Below are positions 62,609-64,000 of a stretch of DNA of 64,000 nt, piece by piece. Position numbers and translations under genes: made by a program. The notes beneath the pieces were generated by a model that had not been told where the DNA came from, made no database searches, and saw nothing but the letters and a program-made list of their open reading frames with translations. How positions within the stretch are numbered: position 1 is the stretch's first letter; each line of letters begins with the position of its first letter. The DNA comes from Mytilus californianus (lineage: Eukaryota). The DNA lies in assembly GCF_021869535.1 (NCBI RefSeq), contig NW_026262582.1, positions 5,394,001 to 5,458,000 on the forward strand, given 5' to 3'.

Positions 62609-62862
62609 CATACATTGTTTGCTGGACACCGGTGTGCGTTGGTACATCGTTGTTGATGTGGAAACATATTGAATTTGGAGTTACTTTTCAACTTTTGTAC
62701 GTCTTGGCGCCATTGAATAGCCTTGTGAATCCTTTTGTTTTCTTAGTATTCCATAGGAAAATTTTCAAAAGAAAAGAGTTTGGAACATATAGATTTAACC
62801 CGTCTGGAACCTTGAAAACGTCAATTTTCACAAACGGGACAAGAACGCAGGCAATTCCGTGA
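62609..62862 (+). CDS. GPCR coding exon 6 (TM6, TM7, C-tail, stop)
   Basis: TTTTACAG acceptor; (A)YIVCWTP..LAPLNSLVNPFVFLVF..TQAIP*. Confidence 0.95.
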
Positions 62863-64000
62863 TTTTCTTTTTATTTGTCTTAACATATCTTGTTTGTTTA
62901 ACTTAAAAACTGAGAAAAAATTATTAATACATAATTGCAAAATGAAATACAAACTACCAAGTCAACTGTACAGTATAATGATTCTACTTATAGTTCTGTT
63001 TTACGATAAAGTAAACTCCGGGATAATGGTTAAGATCCTAGCAAGGTTCAATCTCATTTTGCTCACACCTGTTACTTTATAACAGAAGATATGCAAATGT
63101 ATGAATCAACACCAAGTCGTCTGCAGGATATATTCAAATTTATAGGTAGTGTTACCTTACCATAAGACTTTAGTTTCCTCAAAGGTGATGGGGTCAAAAT
63201 GGAAAAGCGTGATTGAAAATTAAGGTGGAAGTGAATTAAAATCATTCCATTTGTTTAATTCACCTGTTGAACCTCAGCATTAAAACGACAACAATCCCCG
63301 GTTACTCCTATTGATTTCGCGGTCCCTTATATGGCCGGATGTTATTAGTTATTACAAAAGAAACAGAGAACGGGATAGGGATTAATCAAAGTTTAATCAC
63401 CTGCCTCCCAATTCTATTGGTTGGTTGTAATACGTAACTTGTTTTGTTATTGTTCATGTTGTTTGTAATATACTTAAAATGAACTGAAGTTTAAACTCAA
63501 CTTCGGAATCCTCTAAGCGAAGATTTCAACAATTATTTAAAGATATTTGGACGGGGTTTACAATACCAAATCTTTAGCTATCAGTGTAGTATATTGCGGA
63601 CTTTTTTTCATTTGTCCATTTTGTTGTCCGTTTTCGTCGATTTGTAGTTTCCTATTACTCCATTGGAATCTTCTTACACTTATTTTACTGGTTTAGTTCT
63701 TTTTAAATGTCATTCTATGGCTGTTCGTTCTCACAAATGATCACTTTCGTTCAAGGAATTCAGAGAATGTTTAGTTATTTTGTAAATAACACTACTAAAC
63801 CAATTTTGATTTGAAACGTTCATTTTGATCTTAACAGCTATTTAAAAACTGAACAATAAATTATCATGTAATTTTCAGTATTTCAGTCAATGTTCAGACT
63901 TGTCCAATGTGGTAATTTCAGTACTTTTCAGACATTTTGCTTGTAGTTAATTAAGATCGGTTCAGTCTATGTTCAGACTTTTCATTAGTGGGTATTTACC

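Overview
AT-rich eukaryotic (animal) genomic DNA. The repeat families look like those I associate with bivalves, probably Mytilus; this is an inference I cannot verify here. No prokaryotic features, CRISPR array, rRNA or true tRNA were found. One intact gene can be assembled by hand: a 6-coding-exon, 338-aa class A GPCR of the CCAP/NPS/vasopressin-receptor-like group on the + strand (54380-62862), with all splice phases consistent. About 30% of the window is tandem repeat (69-, 88-, 29-, 49-, 48-, 28- and 22-bp arrays), several with higher-order structure. The rest is mostly transposon material: a nearly complete L2/CR1-group LINE with three ORF disruptions (37.1-40.3 kb), three tRNA-derived SINEs (two with clean TSDs), four decayed Penelope-like (PLE) RT C-terminal fragments, several TIR elements and many dispersed repeat fragments. 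The most interesting signals are minimal type I hammerhead ribozyme motifs (one near-intact at 1388-1430), tandem arrays that appear to have grown out of the PLE 3' end, a TIR element with no TSD relative to sibling empty sites, and the divergent GPCR. I see no firm evidence for a wholly new biological system. Most ORFs in the supplied track are by-products of repeats.
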